Source of the DNA: a virus
Virus record (IMG/VR): IMGVR_UViG_3300025728_000001
Span: 1 to 64,000 of that record
Length of the DNA: 64,000 nt
Strand: one strand, 5' to 3'
Positions 28,400 to 38,014 of this stretch are shown in pieces. Both the position numbers and the translations under genes were made by a program. A model generated the notes under the pieces. That model ran no database searches and was not told the origin of the DNA. It saw only the letters and a list, made by a program, of their open reading frames with translations. Within the stretch, counting starts at the first letter, position 1; the number at the start of each line of letters is the position of its first letter.

Positions 28400-29021
28400 C
28401 GTCGAGTTTCTATTGCAAGACTCCCGCGGCAACACCGGTGACCGTCTGATGTTTTGGGCAGCTGGCGGCGGGTACACGACGAACCTGGACGCGGCGCAGC
28501 GCTATACCAAGGAAGAGGCGGCCAGTCAGAACGAAAGCCGGGAGTCTGACCTGCCTTGGCCGCTGGCGTACCTGGTCGAGCGCATGGAGCTGGCGATTGA
28601 TTGCCAGTACTTGAAGCCAGAAGCCGTGGATGCCGGCATGCAGACCGCCGAGCGTGGCTACCTGTACGCGGGCGGTACCTGGAATGGGAACGACCTGTGC
28701 TGGCTAACCGATGACGGCAATATCACCAGCGATTTCAGGAGGGCGCACGCCTTCCCGATGAACATCGCCAAGAGCATGGCCGCTCCGAAGCACCACAACG
28801 TGCATTTGGCACCGGCCGACCTTGTTGAGTCACTGGCGCGCAAGGTGGTGGCCGCCGGCAACGTAAAGCACAAGGAAGCACTGAGAGGAACGGGGATTAT
28901 CCTGACCAAGCCCCCGAAGCTCAGGGTATTCCGCGACCGCTGCGGCAACTGCGGGGTGTTTATCTCCGACGCCCAGCGCTTCCAGGACTGCCCCAAGTGC
29001 GGCGGTAGCAACGCGCCCTGA
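28392..29021 (+). CDS. conserved phage protein with C-terminal zinc ribbon
   Basis: Two internal W...G.YTT-like repeats; CGNC..CPKCG. Confidence 0.7.
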   Translation: MSDVEFLLQDSRGNTGDRLMFWAAGGGYTTNLDAAQRYTKEEAASQNESRESDLPWPLAYLVERMELAIDCQYLKPEAVDAGMQTAERGYLYAGGTWNGNDLCWLTDDGNITSDFRRAHAFPMNIAKSMAAPKHHNVHLAPADLVESLARKVVAAGNVKHKEALRGTGIILTKPPKLRVFRDRCGNCGVFISDAQRFQDCPKCGGSNAP

Positions 29022-29028
29022 TACAGCC

Positions 29029-29076
29029 ACGTAAAAGCGCTATAACATCTTAACGGCAAAGCGCCATAACGCTTTG
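29029..29076. repeat. tandem degenerate octamer array (6 units)
   Basis: ACGTAAAA GCGCTATA ACATCTTA ACGGCAAA GCGCCATA ACGCTTTG. Confidence 0.55.
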
Positions 29077-29112
29077 CCGTTTTTGGTTGAGTCGAAGAAA
29101 GGGCGGTGCGTC

Positions 29113-29853
29113 ATGCTTGAGGTAATAGGGACAATTCGAATGAAGCGCTTCGCGGCCAACACGGCGGGCCGGGATTTTGCTGTGGGCGATATCCACGGCC
29201 ATTTCACCCGGCTGCAAAAGGCACTGGACGCGGTGGGGTTTGATCCGGAGCGCGACCGGCTATTCAGTGCGGGCGATCTGGTGGACCGTGGCCCGGAGTG
29301 TCGCGACGTTCTGGAGTGGCTGGCCAAGTCCTGGTTTCACCCGGTGCGCGGCAACCATGACGACTACGTGTGTCGCTTCGATACGTGCGATGTCGACAAC
29401 TGGATCTATAACGGCGGCTCGTGGTTCGCGGGGCTGTCGCTGTTCGAACAGAAAGAGTTCGCCGTCCAGTTTGCCGAAATCCCTATCGCCATTGAGGTCG
29501 AGACAGCCGGCGGCCTGGTGGGGGTGGTTCACGCTGATTGTCCATTCCCGTCGTGGGATCGATTGCGCGATGAGCTGGAATCGCCGGAGAGCAAGAAGCG
29601 CCTGCGCCTGGTGCACAACACCTGTATGTGGTCACGCAAGCGCGTAGAGGAAGGCGACACGACACCTGTGGAAGGCGTGCGGGCGCTGGTGGTCGGTCAC
29701 AGCCCGCTACGGTCGCCGTTGGTGCTGGGTAACGTCCATCACATCGACACGGGCGGCTGGCGCAGTGACTGGGGGCATTTCACCCTGCTCGACTTGTCCA
29801 CGCTGGCCACGTTCCCCGCGGCACTCCCAACGCTGCTGCCTGACTGGGAATAA
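29113..29853 (+). CDS. Ser/Thr protein phosphatase (lambda NinI / P1 Ppp-like)
   Basis: GDIHG, GDLVDRG, RGNHD, VGH, IDTG. Confidence 0.93.
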   Translation: MLEVIGTIRMKRFAANTAGRDFAVGDIHGHFTRLQKALDAVGFDPERDRLFSAGDLVDRGPECRDVLEWLAKSWFHPVRGNHDDYVCRFDTCDVDNWIYNGGSWFAGLSLFEQKEFAVQFAEIPIAIEVETAGGLVGVVHADCPFPSWDRLRDELESPESKKRLRLVHNTCMWSRKRVEEGDTTPVEGVRALVVGHSPLRSPLVLGNVHHIDTGGWRSDWGHFTLLDLSTLATFPAALPTLLPDWE

Positions 29854-29989
29854 CTACAAGGAGTTAAGGCGTTAAAACGTTAATGACACATTAGCGCTTT
29901 TATGTAATTATGCCGTCACTCCGCCAGAGATAAGGATTACCCCCCCATGAACGATTACCCCGCAACGGCTCCCGGCCAGGAGCACGCAA

Positions 29990-30340
29990 ATGGCTGAATA
30001 CATGCACATTACCCGCGAGCTGCTGCAAGGGCTGTATGAGGATCTTGAGCGCGCCGTGCCCGAAATGCCGTCTTTGAAGTCTGACGCCGGCGCCCGTCGC
30101 AACTTGATTCGCCTCATTCTGGCCCGCCAGCCGTCCGAGCATGTCCGCCCGATTCCGACCACTACGGAGGAACTGGCGGAACAAGCGAAAGCAACGGCCG
30201 AACGCCTGCGTCATGCCGAGCGTTTGTTGCACCGAAGCCTGCCGTTGATCGTCGAAGGTGGGCGCTATATCGAGGCCGGTTCGGTGACTGAATCGGTAGA
30301 ACGGTTCCTGAAAACTGCATACCGTGGGGGTGAGGAATGA
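29990..30340 (+). CDS. hypothetical phage protein
   Basis: AGGAG RBS. Confidence 0.65.
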   Translation: MAEYMHITRELLQGLYEDLERAVPEMPSLKSDAGARRNLIRLILARQPSEHVRPIPTTTEELAEQAKATAERLRHAERLLHRSLPLIVEGGRYIEAGSVTESVERFLKTAYRGGEE

Positions 30341-31206
30341 GCACATCAAACGGACCAGTCCGCCACGACATCATGTTCAGCATGTCCGCCGCGAGCCATG
30401 AGCGCGTGAATCTGCTACTGAGCCAGTGCGGCCACCAAAACCTCAATCTGTTGCTGGCGCGTGGTCTGGCGCTGGTGCAATGGGTTGAGGATCAGCAAGA
30501 CCTTGGCCGCACCATTGGCGCCGTGATTTATGGCGATGAGGGGGTAGACGTCGCGGAACTGGAAGAGCGCCCGGAGCTGTTGAAGCCCCAGCCGCGGCCC
30601 CAGTCGCTGACGCAACCCAAGGCCGTCACCCCTGCGCCAGAGCCTGAGCTGGCGCCGGTGGTGGAGCCAACCCCAGCCCCAAAGCCTGAGCCGGTGGCTA
30701 CCCCTGCGCCGGTGATCGATCCGGCCAAGCTGGTGGCGCGCCCAAAGACGCCGCCGCCGGTAACGCAGCCGAAATACCGCGCCCCAAGTGGCCGTGAGCA
30801 GGTATTGCGCGCCCATATCCCCAATGACCAAGGCCCGGTAAAGACTCATACGTGGGTGGCATGGCGCTGCAAGATGGATAAGCGCCTGCCGCCGATCCTC
30901 ATTGGTGATGACCGTGCGCTACCGGGTGAGCTGAGCCTTGAGCACCTTCCAGAGCTTGAGCGCATGCTGGTGGACGCTCGCCACGCCACGCACTTCCAAC
31001 TGACTAAAGAGAACTACCTTGCCTATTACGCCTTCCAGCATGGCAATGGAAAGCGCGGCGGCTGGTGCTATGTCGAAGAAGACTCGATGCAGCTGCGCAA
31101 GGATGACCATTGCGACAGCGGGATGTTTGCGATTTTCCCGGTGGTGATGGCGGTCGAGTACTTGCGCCGCCTGACCAATCCACGGGCGTCGGTGGCCAGC
31201 GCATGA
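30337..31206 (+). CDS. protein with possible ribbon-helix-helix N-terminus and Pro-rich linker
   Basis: beta-alpha-alpha pattern HDIMFSMS...LLARGLAL; PAPEP repeats. Confidence 0.55.
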   Translation: MSTSNGPVRHDIMFSMSAASHERVNLLLSQCGHQNLNLLLARGLALVQWVEDQQDLGRTIGAVIYGDEGVDVAELEERPELLKPQPRPQSLTQPKAVTPAPEPELAPVVEPTPAPKPEPVATPAPVIDPAKLVARPKTPPPVTQPKYRAPSGREQVLRAHIPNDQGPVKTHTWVAWRCKMDKRLPPILIGDDRALPGELSLEHLPELERMLVDARHATHFQLTKENYLAYYAFQHGNGKRGGWCYVEEDSMQLRKDDHCDSGMFAIFPVVMAVEYLRRLTNPRASVASA

Positions 31207-31553
31207 ACGGCCGCCTGCATTGCGCCTTTGAGGCGTTCGTGATCGATCAGCACAGTGCGCAGATGAAGGGCGCCGGGCACCAGTTCACCGAGGCGATGCG
31301 CCAGCACATGGTCAAAATACTTGAGCATGGGCGTCCGTTTTACAGCTTTATCGAAGGTGGTGAGCAGTGGCCCGCGTTCGAAGCGGCTTGGAACCTTTCG
31401 CGTGAGGCGCTGGTGATTACGTTGCCGGCGCGTGCTCTACCGATCCTGTACCAAGATCGTCCGATTTTCAGCATGAACGGCGAAGGCCGAAACGCGGCGC
31501 TGGATGAGGTCCGCACCATTATCGAATCCGAGGGAGTGACCGTAAGTGGATAA
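31203..31553 (+). CDS. hypothetical phage protein
   Basis: ATGA-coupled. Confidence 0.6.
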   Translation: MNGRLHCAFEAFVIDQHSAQMKGAGHQFTEAMRQHMVKILEHGRPFYSFIEGGEQWPAFEAAWNLSREALVITLPARALPILYQDRPIFSMNGEGRNAALDEVRTIIESEGVTVSG

Positions 31554-31977
31554 CGTGAAGCGCTACACAGTTGAGAGCCGTCACCTGTTCCAACACCTTG
31601 AGCACCATCGTGTTGGCTCTGTCGAATCAGTGGTCGTGCATGCCGCCGACTTCGCCGCGGCCCTGGCCCGCGAGGCCGCGTTGCAGGAACAACTGGAGCC
31701 CAAGACAGTGCGCGAGCTTCTTGAGTGCAACATGCTCAAAAGTCTTCCCGAGAAGAAAATCAACGACGTGCTCAAGCAGTTGCACCGTGAGACCGTGGAC
31801 CTGCGCCGCCACCTTCATGAGGCCGCCACGTCGCTGGAAACGATCAGCAAGCAGGCCGGCCGCGATGAGTTCTTGAAGCACATGAGCCAGGTGTGTGGCT
31901 ACGCTAACAGCCGCGCCACGGTGGCCCGTGCGTTCATGGATGCGCAACAAGTCGAAGGTGTAAGCGATGATCGTTGA
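31546..31977 (+). CDS. hypothetical phage protein
   Basis: Coupled ORF. Confidence 0.6.
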   Translation: MDNVKRYTVESRHLFQHLEHHRVGSVESVVVHAADFAAALAREAALQEQLEPKTVRELLECNMLKSLPEKKINDVLKQLHRETVDLRRHLHEAATSLETISKQAGRDEFLKHMSQVCGYANSRATVARAFMDAQQVEGVSDDR

Positions 31978-32656
31978 TGACGTAATGACCGACAAAATCA
32001 CTCTGCACGGCCTCGGCTTCGTGCAGGTTCAGCTCCAGGGTAATCAGCGACTGCATGTCTGGCACCCTGAGTTGCCGCGCCGCGCGTGCTTCGAACACTC
32101 TGCGATCCACGACCACCGCTTTAACTTCACTTCACGTGTGATTGTCGGAACGCAGATTAACCACACGTTCGAAGATGCTGCCAATGATGCTGGCGAATTC
32201 GTGCTCTACCTGCATGAGGGTGCGCGCACAGCTGGCGGTGGCCGCCCTTGGACGCCGGATGGTCGAGCAGACATGGTGCGCACTGAATCCTATGTGATCG
32301 AAGCGGGAAACGATTACAACACCCTGGCCTATGAATTCCACCGCACTGAGCCAGCTGGTGATGGCCGAGTGGCCACGATAATGGCGAAACGCGGTGAGTA
32401 CCCTGCCGGGGCGCACTCTACCTGCCGTTTCGGCATCATGCCCGACACGGACTTCGACCGATTCCAGTGGTCGACCGCCAAGCTGTGGGAGGTGGTAGCT
32501 GACGTTTTGGCGGGGCAGGCGCTCGCAGCCCCTACACCGCCAGTTGCCCGGCCAACATTCGAACCATTCAAATTCAGCGATTCCCCTGATGGGTGTGCGG
32601 CCGAGGCTGTGTATCTGCGCCAGGTAGCAGCTGAGGACAAATTCAATGGGCAATAA
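31967..32656 (+). CDS. cupin-like HxH metalloprotein
   Basis: RLHVWHP...IHDHRFNFTSRVIVG...FHR. Confidence 0.55.
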   Translation: MIVDDVMTDKITLHGLGFVQVQLQGNQRLHVWHPELPRRACFEHSAIHDHRFNFTSRVIVGTQINHTFEDAANDAGEFVLYLHEGARTAGGGRPWTPDGRADMVRTESYVIEAGNDYNTLAYEFHRTEPAGDGRVATIMAKRGEYPAGAHSTCRFGIMPDTDFDRFQWSTAKLWEVVADVLAGQALAAPTPPVARPTFEPFKFSDSPDGCAAEAVYLRQVAAEDKFNGQ

Positions 32657-32996
32657 CAAAACGATTGACGGCGTGCCGCGTGAGTTGCTGGAGCGCGTCC
32701 ATTCCGAGCTTACCAGTGGTGCGGTAACCATCCGGACGGGTGCGGATGTGCGTGCACTTCTCGCCAAACAGCCAACTTGCGCAAAATCGCAAGTGGCGGA
32801 TGGCGCGGTGACCGGATGGCTATTGGTTTCGCACCCTGATAGCACAGAATGGGCGGTAGAGGCTGGGAGTAAACAGCACGACCGGGCCTTACGCGCTCAC
32901 CATTTGACGATCCAGCCACTTTACACCCAAGCCGAACCACCGAGTCGCGACTATCCGCAAGGCGAATCCTTTTATCGCAACAAGGATGCAGACTGA
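32646..32996 (+). CDS. hypothetical phage protein
   Basis: Coupled ORF, VPRELLER module. Confidence 0.6.
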   Translation: MGNNKTIDGVPRELLERVHSELTSGAVTIRTGADVRALLAKQPTCAKSQVADGAVTGWLLVSHPDSTEWAVEAGSKQHDRALRAHHLTIQPLYTQAEPPSRDYPQGESFYRNKDAD

Positions 32997-33178
32997 TGGG
33001 TAACGAACAGCTGCAAGTCTTGGCCCTGATCATGGCGAACAACGCCTACGTGCTGGGCATGCAGGCAGACAACGCCTACCGTGCCGCCCTCGGTGAATCG
33101 CCGGCGTGGAATTATTCAGACTTTAGCCGTCAAGCAGTAGAGCTTGAAGAACTGGCGAACCGAGCGAGGCACCTATGA
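32996..33178 (+). CDS. hypothetical phage protein
   Basis: TGATG-coupled. Confidence 0.55.
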   Translation: MGNEQLQVLALIMANNAYVLGMQADNAYRAALGESPAWNYSDFSRQAVELEELANRARHL

Positions 33179-33795
33179 GCAATGGAATCAATGAGCGCGC
33201 GGCGCTGATAGTCCGTGATATTTGCGAGCACGAGCCTGACGATACGCCGGAGAGCGTGCATATCAGCGTCAAGGCGCTTGGGTTGGTTCTGGCGCAGCGC
33301 CTTACCGACTTCCAGGCCGATATCGACGCCGTTCTGGCGGACCACAATCGCCTGGTGCGTGAGCTGGACGTGCTGCTGAATGGCGAGGCTGGTGCAGCTG
33401 ATCAGGCCAGCCTGTGCGATATCGTGGCCCAAGTGCGTATGGCGCGTAAGAAACCCGGTACCGGATCGCTTCAATTGCTGGCGCTGGTACCTGACCAAGT
33501 GGTTGGGCGCGTGCATCACAATCCCGATCATCACGACCAGGTTCGGGCGGTGCTGAATAGCTGCGGCCGAGCGCTGCCAGATGGTGCGCCGATGTACGCC
33601 CGCCCCGCCGATACCGTAATGCGCTATGTCCGTGCGCCGTCCCGGAAAGATCCGAAGTACCACGAGGTTTGGCCAGAGATTGAGGGCGGCCCGGTGTTCG
33701 ATGGCGTCACCTACTGCAATGACCTGTTTGCAGCGCTAAAGCGTTATAACGTCATAGTGGCGGAAACCCTGCCTGAGGGTGCAGTCGATGAGTAA
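33175..33795 (+). CDS. hypothetical phage protein
   Basis: RLVRELDVLLNGEAGAA.QASLCDIV module. Confidence 0.65.
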   Translation: MSNGINERAALIVRDICEHEPDDTPESVHISVKALGLVLAQRLTDFQADIDAVLADHNRLVRELDVLLNGEAGAADQASLCDIVAQVRMARKKPGTGSLQLLALVPDQVVGRVHHNPDHHDQVRAVLNSCGRALPDGAPMYARPADTVMRYVRAPSRKDPKYHEVWPEIEGGPVFDGVTYCNDLFAALKRYNVIVAETLPEGAVDE

Positions 33796-34024
33796 GCAGA
33801 AGGAGGCCCAGTTGCAGCGGATCATAGACAAGATCGTTGCCGACACTGCCCTGGCCAAGAAGCTGGCCGTTGAGCTGTACGGTAAAGAGGCCAACCTGTT
33901 CGAAGAGTCGTCGAATTTGTACGTGATGGACGGTGACAGCTACGACGGGCTGGCCCGCGAGCGGCAGAAGCATATCCGGATGACTGCCAACGGGGTCTGT
34001 TATATCAACGGAGGGGCGTGGTGA
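33788..34024 (+). CDS. hypothetical phage protein
   Basis: Coupled ORF. Confidence 0.55.
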   Translation: MSKQKEAQLQRIIDKIVADTALAKKLAVELYGKEANLFEESSNLYVMDGDSYDGLARERQKHIRMTANGVCYINGGAW

Positions 34025-34233
34025 TGAGCAACAAAGCGTCTGTAACCCGTATTCGCCATGCGCTGCTAGTGAGCCAGGAGATTACTGAGTCGCTGGCCAC
34101 GCTTGAGGCCGGCATTAAGGCCGCGATAGGTAAGGCCAAAGACGAAGGGCTGCCGCAAGGGCTACTGTCTTCAATCTTGAGTGCTTATGCGCTCCAAGAG
34201 ACACAGAGAATGCTGGGGAGTAGCGAAGCATGA
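34024..34233 (+). CDS. hypothetical phage protein
   Basis: GGAGG RBS, coupled. Confidence 0.55.
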   Translation: MSNKASVTRIRHALLVSQEITESLATLEAGIKAAIGKAKDEGLPQGLLSSILSAYALQETQRMLGSSEA

Positions 34234-34925
34234 GAATCGTCAACCGCAAGACCTTCCTGGCCATGCCGGTGGGTACGGTGTTCGCCAAGTACGACCCGAG
34301 CATTATTCGGGAGCCCATGGTGAAGAGCGATTCAGTGGCCGTCGCTGGCGATCTTGTGGACTTTCGCTATATGAATCTGACTGATGAGGTGGATTGCAGC
34401 GGATCGTCTGAGCGTGATCACATCATGTTTACCGCCGAGGAAGAGGGCGCGTCTTTCGCCCTGCACTTCAATACCGAGAGTCGTGACGGCCTGTATGACG
34501 CTGATCAGCTGTTCGCAGTGTGGGAGCGTGGCGACGTAGAGGGGTTGATTGCTCGCCTACAGTTGGCGCTGGCGGATGGGTACGCCACTGCCACGCCACC
34601 GCCTGCTGACTGCGTGAGTGATGAGAATGAGCGTCCTGTAGTGGTTAGCATCAGGGCGCCGAGTGACCTAGCTATCGGTGACTACGTGTTCGCCAGTCGT
34701 TGGGCTGACTGCTGCCCTGGCGACCCGTGGCACGTAGGGCATGTGTCTGAGGTGGGGGAAAACTATGTGGTCGTTGGCGACGTCTCCCAAAGGCGCTGGG
34801 GCAATGCCATGCGTATCACCGAGGAACAAGGTCGCCGCATAGCTGCTGAGTACCCTGCAATGGAGGATGGTCCGGCGCTACCGTACAAGGCGATTGCCCG
34901 TGTGTTTGGCGTGCCTGCGGAATAG
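34230..34925 (+). CDS. two-domain hypothetical phage protein
   Basis: MRIVNRKTFLAMPVGTVFAKY start; coupled. Confidence 0.65.
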   Translation: MRIVNRKTFLAMPVGTVFAKYDPSIIREPMVKSDSVAVAGDLVDFRYMNLTDEVDCSGSSERDHIMFTAEEEGASFALHFNTESRDGLYDADQLFAVWERGDVEGLIARLQLALADGYATATPPPADCVSDENERPVVVSIRAPSDLAIGDYVFASRWADCCPGDPWHVGHVSEVGENYVVVGDVSQRRWGNAMRITEEQGRRIAAEYPAMEDGPALPYKAIARVFGVPAE

Positions 34926-35009
34926 GGTAGCGTATACACCGCGACACCTTGGCCGCGACTGAGGATAATGCCGCGCCCAAACGCACCAGCGAAAGCCGTA
35001 CCGTTTATA

Positions 35010-35041
35010 GCGTTAATGAGTTATAACGTTAAGCAGTTAAA
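35010..35041. repeat. tandem degenerate octamer array (4 units)
   Basis: GCGTTAAT GAGTTATA ACGTTAAG CAGTTAAA. Confidence 0.55.
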
Positions 35042-35080
35042 TATCAATCTTACGGAAGCCATACAGAGAGGCGTCATTTT

Positions 35081-35506
35081 ATGGATATCTACCAAACCCT
35101 TATGCTGTTCGGCCCTGGCCGCTTTGTCGCGCTTGTAAGCATTGTATTGGCAACATTTTGGGTGGGTATGGAGCTTTACAGCGTGGCCCGCCAGTTGGCG
35201 TGGAACTGGATCGACGAAACAAAACACCCGATACAGCGCAGCCGTGCTTTGCTGGCGATCCTGAAAGCCGTCGACAAGACGCGCATGCCCGCTTTAGAGG
35301 GATCCCTTGCCGTGCTCTGCCTGCTGATGCTTTGGCCGGTGGCGTGGATGGTGTGGATAGCGATGGCAATGATGCGCCGCGCTCGTGAAGCCCGCCGCTT
35401 GGAAAAGAAGAACTTGGCCGCCGCTGGCGCGCTGACTGTAGAGCGGACGCAAATGATTGAGCAGGATTTGCGCCGGGTTGAATCAAAAGAGCCTCTGCTG
35501 GGCTGA
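35081..35506 (+). CDS. membrane protein
   Basis: Two hydrophobic segments, GAGG RBS. Confidence 0.65.
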   Translation: MDIYQTLMLFGPGRFVALVSIVLATFWVGMELYSVARQLAWNWIDETKHPIQRSRALLAILKAVDKTRMPALEGSLAVLCLLMLWPVAWMVWIAMAMMRRAREARRLEKKNLAAAGALTVERTQMIEQDLRRVESKEPLLG

Positions 35507-35616
35507 CCGCTGCAACCACGAATGCCCGTCTGACCACTCGGTGTAAAGACGGGCATAGCTGGCGCCTGATATCGTTGAGGGAAGTGACACACCACAACCC
35601 AAGAGAACGGACCTCG

Positions 35617-36252
35617 ATGTCTAAAAAGCTGATTGCTTTAGCGCTATCCACTGGCCTTGGCCTGCTCGCCGGTATCCCAAGCGCCTCCGCTGGCGTGAGT
35701 CTGTTCAAGGACTACACCTACGGCACTCCCATCGACAAATACACGCGATCCGCGGGCTATTACGACTGTTCGAATACCGAGCAGAAGGGGCGCTGCACCG
35801 ACAATTTCAACTTTGTCGGGGAAAAGTTCACGGCGGTGCTGTACTTCCGCGAGGACAAGCTAGACACGGTTGCCCTGATTGCGCCCTACAAGCAGAGCCT
35901 GTACCCGAAAGTCTCCGCGGCACTGGATAAGTCGTTCAACATCATTTCAATGGAAAACGAGAAATCGTTTCTCGACATGGTGACGCTGCGCAACACGGCC
36001 ACCCAAGAGGACTACGTGAAACAGTTCGTAGCCTTTGAGGGGGCGGCGCTTAAGGCTGGCGACCTGACCTATACCTACCTTGAGGTACCGGACACCGTGG
36101 GTTATGCGGATGTCGACGCGATCATGCGGGCCTCACAGGAGGACGTGCGCCGTGCGGCGGTGCGGCTGGTGAGGGACACGGAATCGACTAGCCTGATCGT
36201 TAGGTTTGAGCTTCCGAATGTGAGCCACAAGCATGCCGACGAATCTTTCTGA
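35617..36252 (+). CDS. exported (signal-peptide) protein
   Basis: MSKKLIALALSTGLGLLAGIPSASA Sec-type signal. Confidence 0.7.
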   Translation: MSKKLIALALSTGLGLLAGIPSASAGVSLFKDYTYGTPIDKYTRSAGYYDCSNTEQKGRCTDNFNFVGEKFTAVLYFREDKLDTVALIAPYKQSLYPKVSAALDKSFNIISMENEKSFLDMVTLRNTATQEDYVKQFVAFEGAALKAGDLTYTYLEVPDTVGYADVDAIMRASQEDVRRAAVRLVRDTESTSLIVRFELPNVSHKHADESF

Positions 36253-36274
36253 TTCGGGTAAGGAGGTCGCGTAA

Positions 36275-36490
36275 ATGGGTGCATACGTCAATGAAAGGGG
36301 CCGTATCCAGTGCGGCGACCATCAATTCTTTACCGGTGAATGCGTAGCGGTGTGGATGTCTGGCGAGTGGGTAGAAACCCGCATTGAGTTCGACCATGAG
36401 GCTCAGGCGTTTTACTCGGTTGATGGCCTAGACTTGATTGGCCAGGAAGTCCGGCGCCATCGTTCTGATGGTGATTACCGCTTGGATTGA
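36275..36490 (+). CDS. DUF5348-like small protein
   Basis: AGGAGG RBS; GE.V.V...GEWVETRIE. Confidence 0.55.
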   Translation: MGAYVNERGRIQCGDHQFFTGECVAVWMSGEWVETRIEFDHEAQAFYSVDGLDLIGQEVRRHRSDGDYRLD

Positions 36491-36508
36491 TTCAAAGGAG
36501 CCCCCGCC

Positions 36509-36772
36509 ATGATGAAGCCATTCGCCCCTGTCGACCCGGCGACCCTGCAAGTGCGGTTAGAAATGGTCTTTGACCGCATCCTGCCGCTGATGGAAGAGGC
36601 GCAGGGGGAGAATCGCGCCATTTACTACGGGCAATTGTTGGGCCTTTTGGCGGGGCTGTTCCAGGCCGGGATCATCGGGCCTGATGATTTTGAGCTTCGA
36701 CGGCTGGCGGTCCATGCCAACTACGCGCCTGGCTCGCTGGAGACTTACAACCCGTTTAAGCCTGACGCATAA
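36509..36772 (+). CDS. hypothetical phage protein
   Basis: AAGGAG RBS. Confidence 0.6.
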   Translation: MMKPFAPVDPATLQVRLEMVFDRILPLMEEAQGENRAIYYGQLLGLLAGLFQAGIIGPDDFELRRLAVHANYAPGSLETYNPFKPDA

Positions 36773-36790
36773 ACCGAAAGGAGCCCCGCC

Positions 36791-37036
36791 ATGAGCGAAC
36801 CCTATACCGCAAAAATCACCATCGACATCAAGGCGGTCAGCGTCGAGCACGCTAACGAGATGTGGTTACAGGTCGTAAAGCTGATCGAAACCACATGTGC
36901 CAGCGGCAGTTGCGTTGTGCCCGGAAAAGGCGAGGCCAGCTTTACCGTGGTCGAGACGGGCAACCCGGACGCCGGATCGCTCCAGCGCGAACTGCACGAC
37001 ATGATGAACAAGGCCCTGCGCGGCGAGTTGGATTAG
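36791..37036 (+). CDS. hypothetical phage protein
   Basis: AAGGAG RBS. Confidence 0.6.
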   Translation: MSEPYTAKITIDIKAVSVEHANEMWLQVVKLIETTCASGSCVVPGKGEASFTVVETGNPDAGSLQRELHDMMNKALRGELD

Positions 37037-37065
37037 CCGCATGCGTTACACGTAAAGCCTGATAC

Positions 37066-37187
37066 CATCACCGCTCGCTCTGCCTTTGTTGGCTGTGGTG
37101 ATGTGTCCAGGGGGATGGCCCTCGAAAACTTCCCCCTTGGATCGCTGTAGAAGCCCTGACGCTGTTGAAGCTGTCGGGGCTTTTTTA
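37066..37187 (+). ncRNA. candidate ~120-nt small RNA (two hairpins plus terminator)
   Basis: CATCACCGC/GTGGTGATG, TCCAGGGGG/CCCCTTGGA, AAGCCCTGAC/GTCGGGGCTT then T-run, all intergenic. Confidence 0.45.
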
Positions 37188-37285
37188 TGTCTGTTTTTCA
37201 GATAAATACATAAAAATGATGTATTGAGTTTTATGGCCGGTGTATAGTGGCGCCAAGCCAGAAATAGCCAGTCAGGTACACGGGT

Positions 37286-38014
37286 ATGTCGGATACTGAA
37301 AACGTCGTAGAGATAGGCGAGCTGCGGCTTGCAAGGGTCAAGCAGGGTTATCTGCGGATGCGTGAAGGCTGCCAGCATAAGCAGGTAGAACTCGACGATA
37401 CCGGCGAAGTGGTCACCTGTATGACCTGTAAAGTCCAAGTATCCGCGTACTGGGCACTGAGCATGCTCACCACCTATTGGGGCGACAACATGCTCAAGGT
37501 GAAGCGCGCGCAGGAAGCTGCCAAAGAAGAGCGCGGCGCCGTGTTGCACCTGACAGCGGCCAAGAGGGTCGAGGCGGCTTGGCGTAGCAGAACCATGGTG
37601 CCGGGCTGCCCACACTGCAATCGCGGAATCTTTCCCGAGGATGGGTTTGGTGGCTCCTTGATTCAGCGCCGCTTTGAGACTGGCCTGCGGGAACGGGAGA
37701 GGGCAGACAGCATTGCGCAGGGTTTGCCGGTGGTAGCGAAGCTGTTGCCGCGCAAGACCGTGAAAAGAACCACCCCGGCCAACGCCAAACCACGCTCCAA
37801 GGTCAAACCCCGCCCACTGTGGGCCAACGCACCGGCTTGGGCTGAATGGCTCACAGGCGACGTTAAGGGCCGCTGGACATGGCACCAGATCGAGCCCTTT
37901 GAGGTTTCGAACGAATACCAGAGCGGATCCATGCACGAGTTCGCCGGCACGACGCTGGCGCCCGCGGATGGTGTTGGCATCAAAGAGAAGCGCCCGCGGG
38001 GTGAAACGGCATGA
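37286..38014 (+). CDS. zinc-binding phage protein
   Basis: CQH..CMTC and CPHC; APAWAEW module. Confidence 0.65.
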   Translation: MSDTENVVEIGELRLARVKQGYLRMREGCQHKQVELDDTGEVVTCMTCKVQVSAYWALSMLTTYWGDNMLKVKRAQEAAKEERGAVLHLTAAKRVEAAWRSRTMVPGCPHCNRGIFPEDGFGGSLIQRRFETGLRERERADSIAQGLPVVAKLLPRKTVKRTTPANAKPRSKVKPRPLWANAPAWAEWLTGDVKGRWTWHQIEPFEVSNEYQSGSMHEFAGTTLAPADGVGIKEKRPRGETA

